Shown here: positions 1 to 8,555 of the stretch, piece after piece
Numbering within the stretch: the first letter of the stretch is position 1
How the letters are laid out: every line of letters starts with the position of its first letter
Source: Trichormus sp. ATA11-4-KO1
Lineage (GTDB): Bacteria > Cyanobacteriota > Cyanobacteriia > Cyanobacteriales > Nostocaceae
Assembly: GCA_019358915.1 (NCBI GenBank)
Contig: JAHHIM010000029.1
Span: 1-56,892 of the forward strand
DNA length: 56,892 nt
Direction: 5' to 3'
Program-made: the position numbers and the translations under genes
Notes under the pieces: generated by a model
What the model saw: only the letters and a program-made list of their open reading frames with translations
Told to the model about the DNA's origin: nothing
Databases searched by the model: none

Positions 1-125
1 TGGCTACCTCGAACATCGAAGCAAAACACCCATTGGTATTCAAGTCCTGTGGCGCGGTTGGTTAAAATTGCATGACCTCTGTGAGGGCTGGAAGCTTGCT
101 AAACAGACTTAACGGGAAAAGTCAG
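1..125 (+). mobile_element. Right end of an IS4-family (IS50/Tn5-like) insertion sequence: transposase C-terminus (2..112) plus 19-bp terminal repeat (107..125)
   Basis: Frame from nt 2 reads GYLEHRSKTPIGIQVLWRGWLKLHDLCEGWKLAKQT*, matching the IS50-type GG(F/Y)L...PG...LWRG tail. The reverse complement of 107-125 is CTGACTTTTCCCGTTAAGT, similar to the IS50 outside end CTGACTCTTATACACAAGT. Confidence 0.85.
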
Positions 126-791
126 GTCTTGCAAAAACTCTGTAGCTTGTTGCAAGGCGTTTTTGTCGTGCTGTCCAGACGCTTCGAGTTCGTCATGCAC
201 TTGTTTAATCTTCACCCGCACGACTTCTGGCTGGTCATCAGGTGAAACCAGCGATTTCAGGCGATTGCCCATCCGGTTTACCAATTTCTTCACCTGCTGG
301 GACTTCTCGCTCAAAAAGCCTTTGAGTCCCTCTGATTCATGCTTGAGGCGTTTGTTTGCCCCTTCTTTGATGATAATGGCTTCCGCTTCAATTGTTTCTA
401 TATCTTCAGGGAATAATACTGCTCGTCCGCCAAAGGGTGCGGCAATGTCACCTGCCAAAATATAAGCAGCAATTTCCCCAGTTTCCCAATCAAAGAGAAA
501 ATCATTGACCCAACCGAGGGTATCTGTCATGGGAGAGCGAACGCTCAGGTGGTGCAAGCGACGAAGATTTGTCATTAGCGGCTCTTCAAGCATGGCATTA
601 TAGGTCAGGACGGCATCCAGCCCCACAACAGATACCTGTTCTAGTGGCGTGTATCCCTGGGTTCCCGCAAAGTAAGTTACCCGGCCCGCGTTATCAATCC
701 AAACTTCTTCAACGGTATTGAAATGGGTAGCAGTAGAACTATCTATCGCTCTCAAACCTACTACTTGACTGCAACGGACTACATTAATCAT
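99..791 (-). pseudogene. PRC-barrel domain protein (two PRC barrels), C-terminally truncated by the IS4 insertion
   Basis: PRC-barrel motifs (VEEVWID..GRV, LGWVNDFLFDWETGEI). The last 8 residues (LTFPVKSV) are read from the IS terminal repeat at 125 and below. Confidence 0.75.
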
Positions 792-949
792 GTTTTTTCT
801 CCTTTCAAGTTTTAGGTGAATGAAATTAGATGTACTGAGGATGCAAGGATTTTAGATTTGGGATTGTCCCTACGGACTGAATTTGGGGGAATGAGCTAAA
901 GTCATGGGAAGAGCGATCGCTGTTTAAGAAACGAAAATGGTTTTAAATT

Positions 950-1474
950 TTAGAAGGAGTAATGCTCTCCCGTTAAAGCTTGATATTCATGCAATTCATC
1001 AGCATTGCCGTTAGCTGAGTCCCGATTAGTGAGATTCACACCAGTGAAATTTCGGAACATCCAAACCCGCACTAACAAAAGTCCAGCCAGAACAACTAAA
1101 AAAGCACAAACTCCTAGCAGGCGGTCAATGGGAATATTTAGCACACCCTGTAAGATGACTTCGCGCAGTGCAGAAACCAAGGAGACTTCCACTGCTGCTC
1201 CCACTGAAATGCGCTGCTCTTGTAGATAAATAATTAACAGTCGGAATAGCTCAACCAATATCAGAATGAATAAGATATCAGAAGTGATGAGCTGAGAATT
1301 TAGAGGCTTGATTAAGGAGACATACATCTCTCCTAATCGAATTAACATCACACAAAATAAACCAATGCAGAGAGAAATGATAATGAAGTTCTGGAACAAC
1401 TCCAGATTACGGACGATGGTGTCTCGCATGAACCAGGATTTCCTTAGTGTCTTCAGGAAAGATTCAGTTCTCAT
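950..1474 (-). CDS. Phosphate-starvation-inducible PsiE family membrane protein
   Basis: Four hydrophobic helices; ILFILILVELFRLLIIYL...VEVSLVSALREVI motif typical of the PsiE family. Confidence 0.8.
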   Translation of the reverse strand: MRTESFLKTLRKSWFMRDTIVRNLELFQNFIIISLCIGLFCVMLIRLGEMYVSLIKPLNSQLITSDILFILILVELFRLLIIYLQEQRISVGAAVEVSLVSALREVILQGVLNIPIDRLLGVCAFLVVLAGLLLVRVWMFRNFTGVNLTNRDSANGNADELHEYQALTGEHYSF

Positions 1475-1572
1475 AGCTATAAAACGGCGCTTGGTAAGAG
1501 AAAATACTAATTATTTTCCAATTCAATAAAGTTTGGACTTGATGGGAGTATTCCCTAAAACCTTTGTCGTCG

Positions 1573-1632
1573 TCAGGCTGGCAATTGCGCCCGCAATTGA
1601 GTAATTTCCTGTGCCATATCTACTACCACTAC
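1573..1632 (-). pseudogene. 3' remnant of a CbpM-like (MerR-type) gene
   Basis: Minus strand reads VVVVDMAQEITQLRAQLPA*, aligning with AMVLDMAQEIAQLRAQNQA of the intact gene at 56447-56770. There is an in-frame stop shortly upstream and no intact 5' part. Confidence 0.6.
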
Positions 1633-2568
1633 TTCTAATATTTTGTTTACGATAACTGGCAGTCAAACTAGGTTCGGTTTTGCACCTCTGAAAAGTCGAG
1701 ATTTCCCTCGAATCTATCTCTGGGCTAGCCCTGGTATCACAGAACGGTCTGTCGGTCTGCCTTTGGTAGCAGGTAGGGCATGAGCGGTCTAAGAAATCTC
1801 GTCATTTATACCATAACCAAATTTACGCCCTGGAGTACTAGCCATTGGTCATTGAATATTTATTGCTATTTTTTTGATTCATGGATTTATTTATGATTCT
1901 GTAACTTTTTTGTCAGACGTTAGTTGATGATCTCAAATTTTTGGGAATTCCTAACAATTTTTCTATATGTTGTTTATTATGCACAATTTACTAAATTAAT
2001 GTTTGCTCTATAAATAACTATTTCGATATTTTTGTTATTTAATATTCAAAAATCATTAATTATTTGGATTCAATTATGATGCTCTGCTGAGAAATACATC
2101 TACTTAGTTATTTTTTATTTATGTGTGTTTATTAGGTCGTCGATTGATTAATTAGACTCTGGTACTGACCGATTAATCAAGGGTGCAGGCAGAAATTATT
2201 TACTTGTTGGGTGATTGGGTTGGGTATGAATTATACTTTGCTTGTATGGTTTATACAAAAAAATCGCCAGCCAGGATTTAGTTATTTTATAAAATAACTT
2301 TAAACAAATGATTTAGTTTCTGTGAACCATGCTATTCTTTTTATTAATTCAAACGTTTCAAGGCGGCAAAGAAATTTAGTTATTTTGTTAAGCGTGGAAA
2401 CGACAAAACTAAACCTGACCGTATTGGCATCACCTTTTAAGTGTGTGAGTATTTCTTCAGAAAAGTGCATGGATTCGGCATAAGGGGGATGTTTTTTTGG
2501 TAACGAACTTGTCAACTTTTCTGGGTCAAATTCCTTAAAATACATTATCCTGGACGTTGAAACTAGCT

Positions 2569-2847
2569 ATGGCATTTATCAAAATACAGAACGTCATTAT
2601 TAACACCAGCTACATTGCTGCGGTTAAGCTAGATACTCAAACAAGTTTGGGAGAAAAAAGCGTTTCTGTTTTAGTAGCTACTCCTCAGTTTCCTATGATC
2701 CAGTGGGATACAATTGCTCAAAATATCTACCATTACGAATGGATGGAATTCACTGGTCAAGCAGCTAACGCACTCCAAGATTATTTTACCAGTTTCAACA
2801 ACGTCATTGACCTATTACCACAATATCAAGAAGCGAGTGCTGTATAA
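2569..2847 (+). CDS. Small hypothetical protein directly upstream of hglE (position comparable to the small asr5349/asr5350 ORFs of Anabaena PCC 7120)
   Basis: 92-aa ORF from ATG 2569 with protein-like composition, co-oriented with the PKS operon; orthology not verified. Confidence 0.65.
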   Translation: MAFIKIQNVIINTSYIAAVKLDTQTSLGEKSVSVLVATPQFPMIQWDTIAQNIYHYEWMEFTGQAANALQDYFTSFNNVIDLLPQYQEASAV

Positions 2848-3086
2848 CATTCTGACGCGATCGCCTTCGACGGTGCTGTTTTCGGAAATTGCCTGGAGAC
2901 AGAAAGGCAGTGTGTATCGTGTGGTGTCGGTTTAAAGACAAGCATTTAGTGTTGTCTGCGTCACTTTACGCGTAGACAAAAAAGCAATAGCTCATTTTGA
3001 GTGGGCAACAGGAATTACTGTAGCTATGGCTTCGTTCGCCACGCAAGCTATCACGATTCACAGTACTTAATAACAGTATATGCCTT

Positions 3087-6000
3087 ATGTCTGCTTATTC
3101 AATTGATACTGCTTTGGCAGAGTTGGAGAGCCTAATCAATAGTTGTGAAAAAGCTGTGATGAGGACAATAGAGGACAAAAAATTGCACAGGGAAAAACCA
3201 ATGTCAATTAGCAAGATTAACAGACAACTACAACAAAATCCTATAGCCATTGTGGGTATGGCTTCTCTGTTGCCTCAAGCCAGAAATTTACGGGAATACT
3301 GGCAAAATATCATTAACAAAATTGATTGTATTACTGATGTACCTGCTACACACTGGAGCGTAGAAGACTATTACGATCCTAACCCCAGAACTCCCGAAGA
3401 TAAAACCTACTGTAAACGCGGTGGTTTCATCCCAGAGGTGGATTTTAACCCCATGGAGTTTGGCATTCCTCCCAGCATTTTGGAAGTTACAGATATTTCC
3501 CAGCTATTGAGTTTAGTGATTGCTAAAGAAGCAATGGAAGATGCTGGTTATGGTGAATCTCGTGAGTTTAACCGCGAGAATGTCGGGGTAATTTTAGGGG
3601 TGGCTATGGCCAAGCAATTGGCAACACCACTTTCGGCTCGTTTGGAATATCCTGTTTGGGAAAAAGCCCTCAAAAGCAGTGGTCTTTCTAATGAGGATAC
3701 CCAAAAAATTATCGAAAAAATTAAAAGCGCCTACATCAAATGGGATGAAAACGCTTTCCCTGGGATGTTGGCGAATGTGGTCGCCGGACGAATTGCCAAC
3801 CGCTTGAATTTTGGTGGGATGAATTGTGTTGTTGATGCAGCTTGTGCTAGTTCCTTTGGTGCTTTAAAGGTGGCAATTAGCGAACTAGTTGAACATCGCG
3901 CTGATATGATGTTGACCGGTGGTGTGGATACTGATAACACCATCATGGCTTATATCTCTTTCAGCAAAACACCTGCTGTTTCTCCTAGCGATAATGTCAA
4001 ACCCTTCGATGCTAAATCTGATGGGATGATGCTGGGTGAAGGTGTATGTATGTATGTCCTCAAGCGTTTGGAAGATGCCGAACGGGACAACGATAAAATT
4101 TATGCAGTTATTAAAGGCATTGGTACTTCTAGCGATGGTCGCTACAAGAGTATTTATGCTCCCCGCAAAGAAGGCCAAGTCAAAGCCTTACAGCGTGCTT
4201 ATGAAGATGCTGGTTTTTCTCCAGCGACTGTCAGCTTAATGGAAGCCCACGGTACGGGTACAATGGCGGGTGACCCCACAGAATTTAGTTCTTTAAGAGA
4301 TTACTTTAGCCAACACGATACCAAAAAACAGCACATCGCTTTGGGTAGTGTGAAGTCCCAAATTGGACATACCAAAGCGGCTGCTGGTGCGGCGAGTTTG
4401 ATTAAAACAGCTTTGGCACTGCATCATAAGATTTTACCACCAACCATTAATATTACTGAGCCGAACCCCAAACTCGACATTAAAAATTCCTCATTTTATT
4501 TAAATACCGAAACCAGACCTTGGATTCGGGCGGAAGGCGAAGCGCCAAGACGTGCGGGTGTGAGTTCTTTCGGCTTTGGTGGCACAAATTTTCACATTGT
4601 TTTGGAAGAATACGAAGCTGGCGAAAATCGTCCCTATCGTTTACACAGTACTCCCCGTGAGGTGTTGTTGTTTGCTAATAACCCAGCACAACTATTGAGT
4701 AAGTGTGAAGAAACTCTGGGTAAGTTACAATCAAATGGCGGTGAAACACATTTTGCCGCATTAGTTCAGGAATCCCAATCAATTGAGATTCCCCAGGTTG
4801 CAGCTAGAGTTGGCTTTGTGGCTGAGAATCTGCAAGAAGCCTGCAAGTTGATGCAAATCAGCATTGACTGGTTAAAGCATAAAGCTTCCCTCACATCTTG
4901 GGATCATCCCCAAGGTATTTACTACCGTTCCTCTGGGATGGAGTTGGGCGGTAAGGTTGTGGCTTTGTTCTCTGGACAAGGTTCCCAATACCTGGAGATG
5001 GGACGGGAAGTGGTGATGAATTTCCCGGAGATGCGTCGTCTGCACGGCTGTATGGATAGCTTGTTAATCAAAGATAATTTGCAGCCGTTGTCGGAAATTG
5101 TGTTTCCCCATCCCGTATTTGATGAAGCAGAAAAAAATACCCAAATTGCTGCACTACAACGTACAGAATACGCCCAACCTGCCATCGGCGTATTTAGCGC
5201 GGGTCTTTATTCCATCCTGCAAAAAGCCGGGTTTAAATCTGATTTTGTCGCCGGACACAGCTTTGGTGAACTGACAGCTTTGTGGGCTGCGGGTGTTCTC
5301 AGTGAACAAGATTACTTATTCTTAGTCAAAGCCAGAGGTCAAGCAATGGCCGCCCCAGAAGACCCAGACCATGATGCTGGTAGTATGTTGGCGGTGAAGG
5401 AAGACTTATCCAAAGTGGCTGTAGTCCTGCGGAATTATCCCCAGGTAACCATTGCTAACTTTAATTCTCCCACGCAAATTGTTTTAGCAGGGCCCACCGC
5501 AGAAATCGCCAAGGTAAGACAGGCGTTACATGACCAAGGTTGTGCGGCTGTATTGTTACCTGTGTCCGCAGCCTTCCACACACCACTAATTGCCTTTGCT
5601 CAAAAATCCTTTGCCATCGCTACTAAGTCTGTCAAGTTCAACAGCCCCAAAATTCCCGTTTTCACCAACGTTACCGGTAAACCTTACCCCCAAGAAGCCC
5701 AAGGTATTCAAAAAATCCTGGAAACCCACCTATCTAACTCGGTGCTGTTTAAACAGGAAATTGAAAATATCTATGCAGCCGGTGGTTATTGCTTCGTAGA
5801 GTTTGGCCCCAGGCGAATTTTGACCAACTTGGTGAAAGATATTCTAGGCGATCGCCCCAATCTTACCATCTCCTTAAACCCCAGCACCCAAAAGAATAGC
5901 GATCGCTCTCTGAGAGAAGCGGCTGTACAGTTGCGTGTGGTTGGTTTACCTTTGAAAAACATCGATCCTTATCAAGTTGAACCTGCACTACCCCCCGTTG

Positions 6001-8357
6001 AGCAGAAGAAGGCCTTAAATGTCCGGTTAAAAGGCATTAATTATGTGTCTGACAAAACCAAAAACGCCTTTACACAAGCTTTGGAAAATGGGCATACAGT
6101 CAGTTTACCTGCGGCACCTGCTATCACTTCTACACCAGAGTTTTCTGAAGTTGTGCCAGAAAGCCATAGTAATGGACGTGTTCACAATCCTGCACAAAGT
6201 TTGCCCGAATTATCACATAACTCTAATAATTCCACTGCATCTAGTCCCACCCCACCCCAGCCGCAAATATCGGCGATGCTTTCCACTCAAATAGACCAGG
6301 AAACAAAGATGCAACCAACACCAGAAAAACCTGTAAATTATCAACGGACGCTAGAAGGTTTAGAATATTTACTTACTCAGTTCCAGAAAAATCAAACCGA
6401 GAACTTACAAGTTCATGGAACTTATCTGCAACATCAAATGGAATACACCAAAGCGTTTTTCCAACTGATGCAGCAACAAAATGCCTTGTTTGCCAATACT
6501 AAATCTGACGTTGACACAGCACAACTTAAGCTAGTTGTCAAGGAAAGTATCGAACGTGGCATGATGCAGTTTCACGCTCAACAAGGTGAAACCCTCCGTA
6601 TCCATGAACAATATCTCCGGGAACAGTTAGAATACGCCAAGAATTTTTTCCAACTAATACAAGAAGAATATTCTCAACTAATCTCTGGTGAGGCAATTAC
6701 TCAACCCACAGAGACAGTTATTAACAAAACCACACCTGCACCAGTAGCAGCAGCGCCAGTTGTCGAACCGCAACCCGCACCTGCACCAGTAGTAGCAGCG
6801 CCAGTTGTCGAACCACAACCCGCACCTGCACCAGTAGTAGCAGCGCCAATTGTCGAACCGCAACCCGCACCCGCGCCAGTAGTAGCAGCGCCAATTGTCG
6901 AACCGCAACCCGCACCTATATCTGTGCCTAACATTGATCTAGCTGACTTGGGTAATAACTTGTTAGCCATCACCAGTGATAAAACTGGCTACCCAGTTGA
7001 GATGCTGGAAATGGACATGGACATGGAGGCTGACTTAGGTATTGACTCCATCAAACGAGTAGAAATCCTGGGTGCATTACAGGATATGTATCCTGATTTA
7101 CCCAAGCCAAACTTAGAAGAATTGTCAGAAAAGCGCACCATTGGTCAAGTTGTAGCATATCTGCAATCCCTTTTTTCCGGTAGCGTCCCTGTAGAAACAG
7201 CTACACCTGCTACTAATATCCCCACCCCAATTATCCCAGAACCAGAAGCAGTAGCACCCACCATTCCTACCACAGAACCAACAGTAGAATATACCCAAAC
7301 CCCACTCCCTACAGACTACGCAGACTTAGGTGAAACCCTGTTAGCCATCACTAGTGATAAAACCGGCTACCCAGTGGAGATGCTGGAAATGGATATGGAC
7401 ATGGAGGCTGACTTAGGAATTGACTCCATCAAACGGGTAGAAATCTTGGGGGCGATGCAAGATAAGTACCCCAACTTACCCCAGCCAGACATCGAAGAAC
7501 TGGGCGACCTCCGCACCATCGGTCAAATAGTTGATTATCTCCAGAAGTTGGCGGTCGGTGAAAAAAAAAAGCCCCAGCAGGAGTTTAGCTACCAGCCAGT
7601 CCAGATAATTGACGGTATTGCTCGCCGTCCAGCTAAACTTCAGTTCCTACCACCACCCGATAGTTTAGATTTCACTTTACCAGAGGGACACATTTGTTTA
7701 ATCACCGACGATGGTTCCCTCACCACCTCTCAATTAGCTCAATCCTTAAGCGATGGCGGTTGGAAAGTGGTAGTTTTAAGTTTCCCCCAATCTATCGTTT
7801 CCCAGCAATCGCCTTTACCAGCCGGAGTGCATCGCGTAGTTCTCGCAGATATGACAGAGGAATTACTACAACATAAATTATCTGCGATCGCGACTAACTT
7901 CGGCAATATTGGGGCTTTCATCCATATTCATCCGGTATTTCAGGTAAATCAGACACCGACTTATCTGGAAGCAGAAAAGGCGATTGTCAAGCACGTGTTC
8001 TTTATGGCTAAACATCTCAAACAATCCCTGAATGAAGCTGCTGGTTATGAACGCAGTTGTTTCTTGACTGTGAATCGTTTGGATGGTGCTTTTGGGTTAG
8101 AGCATAATGTTTACCCTGAGCAAAGCCGAAGGGTAAACTTTGGGGCGATTGGTGCAGGGTTATTTGGATTAACTAAAACTCTGAAGTGGGAATGGCCAAA
8201 AGTGTTTACTCGCGCCATTGATTTAAGTCCGGCGTTGGATGCTCAAAAATCAGCAGAATATATTATTGCTGAATTGCATGATCCGAATTTGCTCATCAGT
8301 GAAGTGGCTTACGGCTCTCAAGGTCGTGTGACTTTGGTTGGTGATTTGCAGGAGTAA
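3087..8357 (+). CDS. hglE: Heterocyst glycolipid synthase HglE (PfaA-like PKS: KS-AT-ACP-ACP plus C-terminal KR structural subdomain, HglF-like)
   Basis: KS DAACASS/HGTGT/GHTK, AT GHSFG, two ACPs with LGIDSIKRVEI, Pro/Ala linker, C-terminal partial KR (GLFGLTKTLKWEWP). Alternative start at MSISKIN. Confidence 0.92.
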   Translation: MSAYSIDTALAELESLINSCEKAVMRTIEDKKLHREKPMSISKINRQLQQNPIAIVGMASLLPQARNLREYWQNIINKIDCITDVPATHWSVEDYYDPNPRTPEDKTYCKRGGFIPEVDFNPMEFGIPPSILEVTDISQLLSLVIAKEAMEDAGYGESREFNRENVGVILGVAMAKQLATPLSARLEYPVWEKALKSSGLSNEDTQKIIEKIKSAYIKWDENAFPGMLANVVAGRIANRLNFGGMNCVVDAACASSFGALKVAISELVEHRADMMLTGGVDTDNTIMAYISFSKTPAVSPSDNVKPFDAKSDGMMLGEGVCMYVLKRLEDAERDNDKIYAVIKGIGTSSDGRYKSIYAPRKEGQVKALQRAYEDAGFSPATVSLMEAHGTGTMAGDPTEFSSLRDYFSQHDTKKQHIALGSVKSQIGHTKAAAGAASLIKTALALHHKILPPTINITEPNPKLDIKNSSFYLNTETRPWIRAEGEAPRRAGVSSFGFGGTNFHIVLEEYEAGENRPYRLHSTPREVLLFANNPAQLLSKCEETLGKLQSNGGETHFAALVQESQSIEIPQVAARVGFVAENLQEACKLMQISIDWLKHKASLTSWDHPQGIYYRSSGMELGGKVVALFSGQGSQYLEMGREVVMNFPEMRRLHGCMDSLLIKDNLQPLSEIVFPHPVFDEAEKNTQIAALQRTEYAQPAIGVFSAGLYSILQKAGFKSDFVAGHSFGELTALWAAGVLSEQDYLFLVKARGQAMAAPEDPDHDAGSMLAVKEDLSKVAVVLRNYPQVTIANFNSPTQIVLAGPTAEIAKVRQALHDQGCAAVLLPVSAAFHTPLIAFAQKSFAIATKSVKFNSPKIPVFTNVTGKPYPQEAQGIQKILETHLSNSVLFKQEIENIYAAGGYCFVEFGPRRILTNLVKDILGDRPNLTISLNPSTQKNSDRSLREAAVQLRVVGLPLKNIDPYQVEPALPPVEQKKALNVRLKGINYVSDKTKNAFTQALENGHTVSLPAAPAITSTPEFSEVVPESHSNGRVHNPAQSLPELSHNSNNSTASSPTPPQPQISAMLSTQIDQETKMQPTPEKPVNYQRTLEGLEYLLTQFQKNQTENLQVHGTYLQHQMEYTKAFFQLMQQQNALFANTKSDVDTAQLKLVVKESIERGMMQFHAQQGETLRIHEQYLREQLEYAKNFFQLIQEEYSQLISGEAITQPTETVINKTTPAPVAAAPVVEPQPAPAPVVAAPVVEPQPAPAPVVAAPIVEPQPAPAPVVAAPIVEPQPAPISVPNIDLADLGNNLLAITSDKTGYPVEMLEMDMDMEADLGIDSIKRVEILGALQDMYPDLPKPNLEELSEKRTIGQVVAYLQSLFSGSVPVETATPATNIPTPIIPEPEAVAPTIPTTEPTVEYTQTPLPTDYADLGETLLAITSDKTGYPVEMLEMDMDMEADLGIDSIKRVEILGAMQDKYPNLPQPDIEELGDLRTIGQIVDYLQKLAVGEKKKPQQEFSYQPVQIIDGIARRPAKLQFLPPPDSLDFTLPEGHICLITDDGSLTTSQLAQSLSDGGWKVVVLSFPQSIVSQQSPLPAGVHRVVLADMTEELLQHKLSAIATNFGNIGAFIHIHPVFQVNQTPTYLEAEKAIVKHVFFMAKHLKQSLNEAAGYERSCFLTVNRLDGAFGLEHNVYPEQSRRVNFGAIGAGLFGLTKTLKWEWPKVFTRAIDLSPALDAQKSAEYIIAELHDPNLLISEVAYGSQGRVTLVGDLQE
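6735..6917 (+). repeat. Four tandem ~45-nt coding repeats (PAPVVAAP[VI]VEPQPA) in the HglE AT-ACP linker
   Basis: Near-identical units cctgcaccagtagtagcagcgccagttgtcgaaccgcaacccgca. Confidence 0.9.
7550..7641 (+). promoter_or_regulatory. Candidate -1 programmed frameshift/slippage cassette in hglE
   Basis: A10 run at 7561-7570; in-phase A_AAA_AAG at 7565-7571; stem GGAGTTTAGCT (7580-7590) pairing with AGCTAAACTTC (7631-7641); -1 frame TAG at 7586-7588. Confidence 0.5.
8111..8134 (+). repeat. 24-nt small dispersed repeat inserted in frame in hglE
   Basis: ttaccctgagcaaagccgaagggt; its core matches the intergenic copy ccctgagcgaagtcgaaggg at 23392-23411 at 18/20 nt. Confidence 0.7.
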
Positions 8358-8555
8358 CATTAATCAAGGGGAGGTTTTACTATATCTCCCTCTGTGTTAC
8401 ATGAATGAATTTTATCTCACGCAGAGACGCAGAGGCGCAGAGAAGAGCGCAGAAATCTTTAAAAAACTCTTTCTTCGTGTTCTTCGTTTCTTCGTGGTAT
8501 GCGCTGCGCGCACGCTACGCGAACGTTTCTCTTTAATCATAAATTCCCAATAACT

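Noticed and set aside
1690..1805. Possible decayed IS5 transposase 5' fragment (RFLRPLMP.../LPATKGRP...)
   Set aside because: Needs a frameshift, has no terminal IR, and the similarity is too weak to support by eye.
2300..2545. 81-aa minus-strand ORF upstream of the hgl operon
   Set aside because: No recognisable motif or SD; lies in AT-rich promoter DNA.
6678..6973. Three Cys/Gly-rich repetitive antisense ORFs that look like RiPP precursors
   Set aside because: Shadows of the 45-nt Pro/Ala linker repeat of hglE on the opposite strand.
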